64,000 bases of DNA from an uncultured Pseudomonadota bacterium (GTDB lineage Bacteria; Pseudomonadota; Alphaproteobacteria; Rhizobiales; Xanthobacteraceae): contig CAWIPY010000004.1 in the NCBI GenBank assembly GCA_963837965.1, positions 175,335 through 239,334 on the forward strand, given 5' to 3'. Both the position numbers and the translations under genes were made by a program. Position 1 is the stretch's first letter. Each line of letters begins with the position of its first letter. This document shows positions 62,040 through 64,000 of the stretch, one piece after another. A model generated the notes under the pieces. That model worked only from the letters and a program-made list of their open reading frames with translations. It had not been told where the DNA came from and ran no database searches.

Positions 62040-63236
62040 TCACACCGCGTCGAGGGCTTCCACGAGATCCTCGACCACGTCGTCGGGATGTTCCAGCCCG
62101 GCGGAAAGGCGCAGCAAGCCGTCGCCGATGCCGAGTTCCGCGCGCTGATCGGGCGTGAGGCGCTGATGGGTGGTGGTGGTGGGATGGGTGATCAGGCTCT
62201 TGGCGTCGCCGAGATTGTTGGTGATGGCGATCAGCTCGAGCGCGTTGAGGAAGCGAAACGCGCCTTCCTTGCCGCCTTTGACCTCGAAGGCGACCAGCGT
62301 GGAGCCGCCTTTCATCTGCCGTTTCACCACGTCGGCCTGGGGGTGATCGGAGCGACCGGGGTAGATGAGCCGCGCGAGCTTGTCGTGGCCGGCGAGCGCG
62401 TTGGCCACCACCGCCGCGGTGTCGGTCTGCCTTTGCACGCGCACGGCCAAGGTCTCCAGCCCCTTGAGCAATACCCAGGCATTGAACGGCGACAGCGAGG
62501 GGCCGGTCTGCCGGATCACCTGGTGCACGTGGTCCATGATGAACTGCTCCGAGCCGAGGATGACGCCGCCCAGCACGCGGCCCTGGCCGTCAATATGCTT
62601 GGTAGCGGAATAGACGACACAGTCGGCGCCGAGCGCAAGCGGGCTCTGGTAGAGCGCGGTGGCGAACACGTTGTCGACCACCAGCTTGGCGCCCGCCGCG
62701 TGGGCAATGTCGGCCACCGCGGCGATGTCGTAGACTTCCAATGTGGGATTGGTCGGCGTCTCCATGAAAAACGCCCTAGTGTTCTCCCTCACGGCGCCCT
62801 TCCAGGCGCTCAGGTCCTTGCCGTCGACCAGCGTCGAGGCGACGCCGAAGCGCGGCAGCCATTCCTCGATCACCCAGCGGCAGGAGCCGAACAGCGCCTT
62901 CGCCGCCACCACGTGATCGCCGGCGCGCACGAGGCCCATGAGCGCGGTGGTCACCGCTGCCATGCCGGTAGCGGTGGCGCGCGCGGCTTGCGCGCCTTCC
63001 AGCGCGGCCATGCGGCTCTCGAACATGGTGAGCGTCGGATTGTTGTAGCGCGAATAGACATAGCCCGGCAGCTTGCCGGAAAAGCGCGCCTCGCATTCCT
63101 CGGCGCTGTCGTAGACATAGCCTTGCGTGAGAAACAGCGCTTCCGAGGTTTCCTTGAACTGGGAGCGCAGGGTGCCCGCGTGGACCAGGCGGGTTTCCGG
63201 GCGGTAGCTTTTCGGCGCATTCTCGGACGCGGGCAT
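62040..63236 (-). CDS. metZ: O-succinylhomoserine sulfhydrylase
   Basis: YSRYNNPT, ETPTNPT, SATKHIDGQGR and NNLGDAKS motifs; SAM riboswitch upstream. Confidence 0.95.
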   Translation of the reverse strand: MPASENAPKSYRPETRLVHAGTLRSQFKETSEALFLTQGYVYDSAEECEARFSGKLPGYVYSRYNNPTLTMFESRMAALEGAQAARATATGMAAVTTALMGLVRAGDHVVAAKALFGSCRWVIEEWLPRFGVASTLVDGKDLSAWKGAVRENTRAFFMETPTNPTLEVYDIAAVADIAHAAGAKLVVDNVFATALYQSPLALGADCVVYSATKHIDGQGRVLGGVILGSEQFIMDHVHQVIRQTGPSLSPFNAWVLLKGLETLAVRVQRQTDTAAVVANALAGHDKLARLIYPGRSDHPQADVVKRQMKGGSTLVAFEVKGGKEGAFRFLNALELIAITNNLGDAKSLITHPTTTTHQRLTPDQRAELGIGDGLLRLSAGLEHPDDVVEDLVEALDAV

Positions 63237-63269
63237 TTCCAGTCTCCTTCGACCCGCAGGCGGGCCAAT

Positions 63270-63303
63270 AAAAAACCGGCCGGAGAGAAAATCTCTCGGC
63301 CGG
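63270..63303 (-). terminator. Riboswitch-coupled intrinsic terminator
   Basis: Minus strand CCGGCCGAGAG-ATTTT-CTCTCCGGCCGG-TTTTTT. Confidence 0.85.
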
Positions 63304-63312
63304 GCTCACGCG

Positions 63313-63385
63313 TCCCCGGCCTTTTAGCGAGTTGTTTAACGTGGCTGCAAGCCGGCCGGCTCAAATGACCACGGGATAAAGCCGT
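63313..63385 (-). ncRNA. SAM-II (SAM_alpha) riboswitch
   Basis: Minus strand TTATCCCGTGGTCATTTGAGCCGGCCGGCTTGCAGCCACGTTAAACAACTCGCTAAAAGGCCGG matches the known consensus; upstream of metZ. Confidence 0.93.
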
Positions 63386-63446
63386 TTCTAGCGGGATGCG
63401 CGGCTTCCCGTCAAGGCGGTGGTCGGGTTAGATCAGCTTCCATGAT

Positions 63447-63555
63447 CCGTCACCCTGAGGTGACCGCGCGGAGCGCGGGCCTCGAAGGGCGGCGGCCTGC
63501 GTATTGGCCGATCATCCTTCGAGGCGCGCCTTTGGCGCGCACCTCAGGATGACGG
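63447..63555. repeat. REP-like palindromic element
   Basis: CCGTCACCCTGAGG...CCTCAGGATGACGG arms with internal CTCGAAGG/CCTTCGAG. Confidence 0.85.
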
Positions 63556-63573
63556 TGAGAAGCAAGGGTCCGC

Positions 63574-64000
63574 ATGGCACTTTCCTTCGCCATCGAGGAC
63601 AAGGGCATCCTGCCCGACCGCATGATCGCGCAGCTCGCGCGCGACGGCGGGATTTTGTCCGAGGCACAGTTCGCGCCCGACCAGATCCAGCCGGCCAGCC
63701 TCGACCTGCGGCTGGGCGATGTCGCCTACCGCGTGCGGGCGAGTTTCCTGCCCGGCCGCACCACCGTCGCGCAGCGCATCGACGAGTTGAAGCTGCACGA
63801 GGTTTCCCTCACCGACGGCGCGGTGCTTGAGACCGGCTGCGTCTACATCGTGCCGCTCTTGGAAAGCCTTGCCCTGCCGGAGGATGTTTCCGCCGCCGCC
63901 AATCCGAAGAGCTCGACCGGCCGGCTCGACGTTTTCACCCGCGTGATCGCCGATGAACTGCGCGGCTTCGACCGCATCGAACCCGGCTATCACGGCCCCC
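63574..64000 (+). CDS. dcd: dCTP deaminase (alphaproteobacterial long form), 3'-partial
   Basis: QIQPASLDLRLG, GCVYIVPL and ANPKSSTGRLDVFTR; open to the window end. Confidence 0.9.
   Translation, partial: MALSFAIEDKGILPDRMIAQLARDGGILSEAQFAPDQIQPASLDLRLGDVAYRVRASFLPGRTTVAQRIDELKLHEVSLTDGAVLETGCVYIVPLLESLALPEDVSAAANPKSSTGRLDVFTRVIADELRGFDRIEPGYHGP

Overview
High-GC alphaproteobacterial chromosome segment, probably Hyphomicrobiales (GcrA, SAM-II riboswitch, REP-like palindromes, conserved murA-hisD-maf-yacG, pho/pst and argDF-hslO-apaG-metZ-dcd backbone). An accessory block of about 30 kb starts at tRNA-Phe. It opens with a decayed 4.2 kb integrative element (attL/attR, integrase fused to a phage-like fragment, Fic protein plus coupled trypsin-like protease, phased T-tract array). 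A minus-strand GntR-associated operon follows, with a pair of paralogous ferritin-like diiron proteins (one with a full ligand set, one degenerate), a branched-chain-type ABC importer, a formamidase-like hydrolase and a Rid protein. Last comes a plus-strand amide regulon: AmiC/AmiR, two ANTAR dual-hairpin/terminator leaders, Urt-type ABC importer, AmiE, an orphan NorQ/NorD-type chaperone pair, an NCS1 permease, a MetX-like hydrolase and an amidase. The best candidate for an undescribed system is the diiron pair plus the amide regulon, acting as an oxidative N-compound catabolic route; the substrate cannot be identified from sequence alone. All calls are by-eye recognition; no searches were run.
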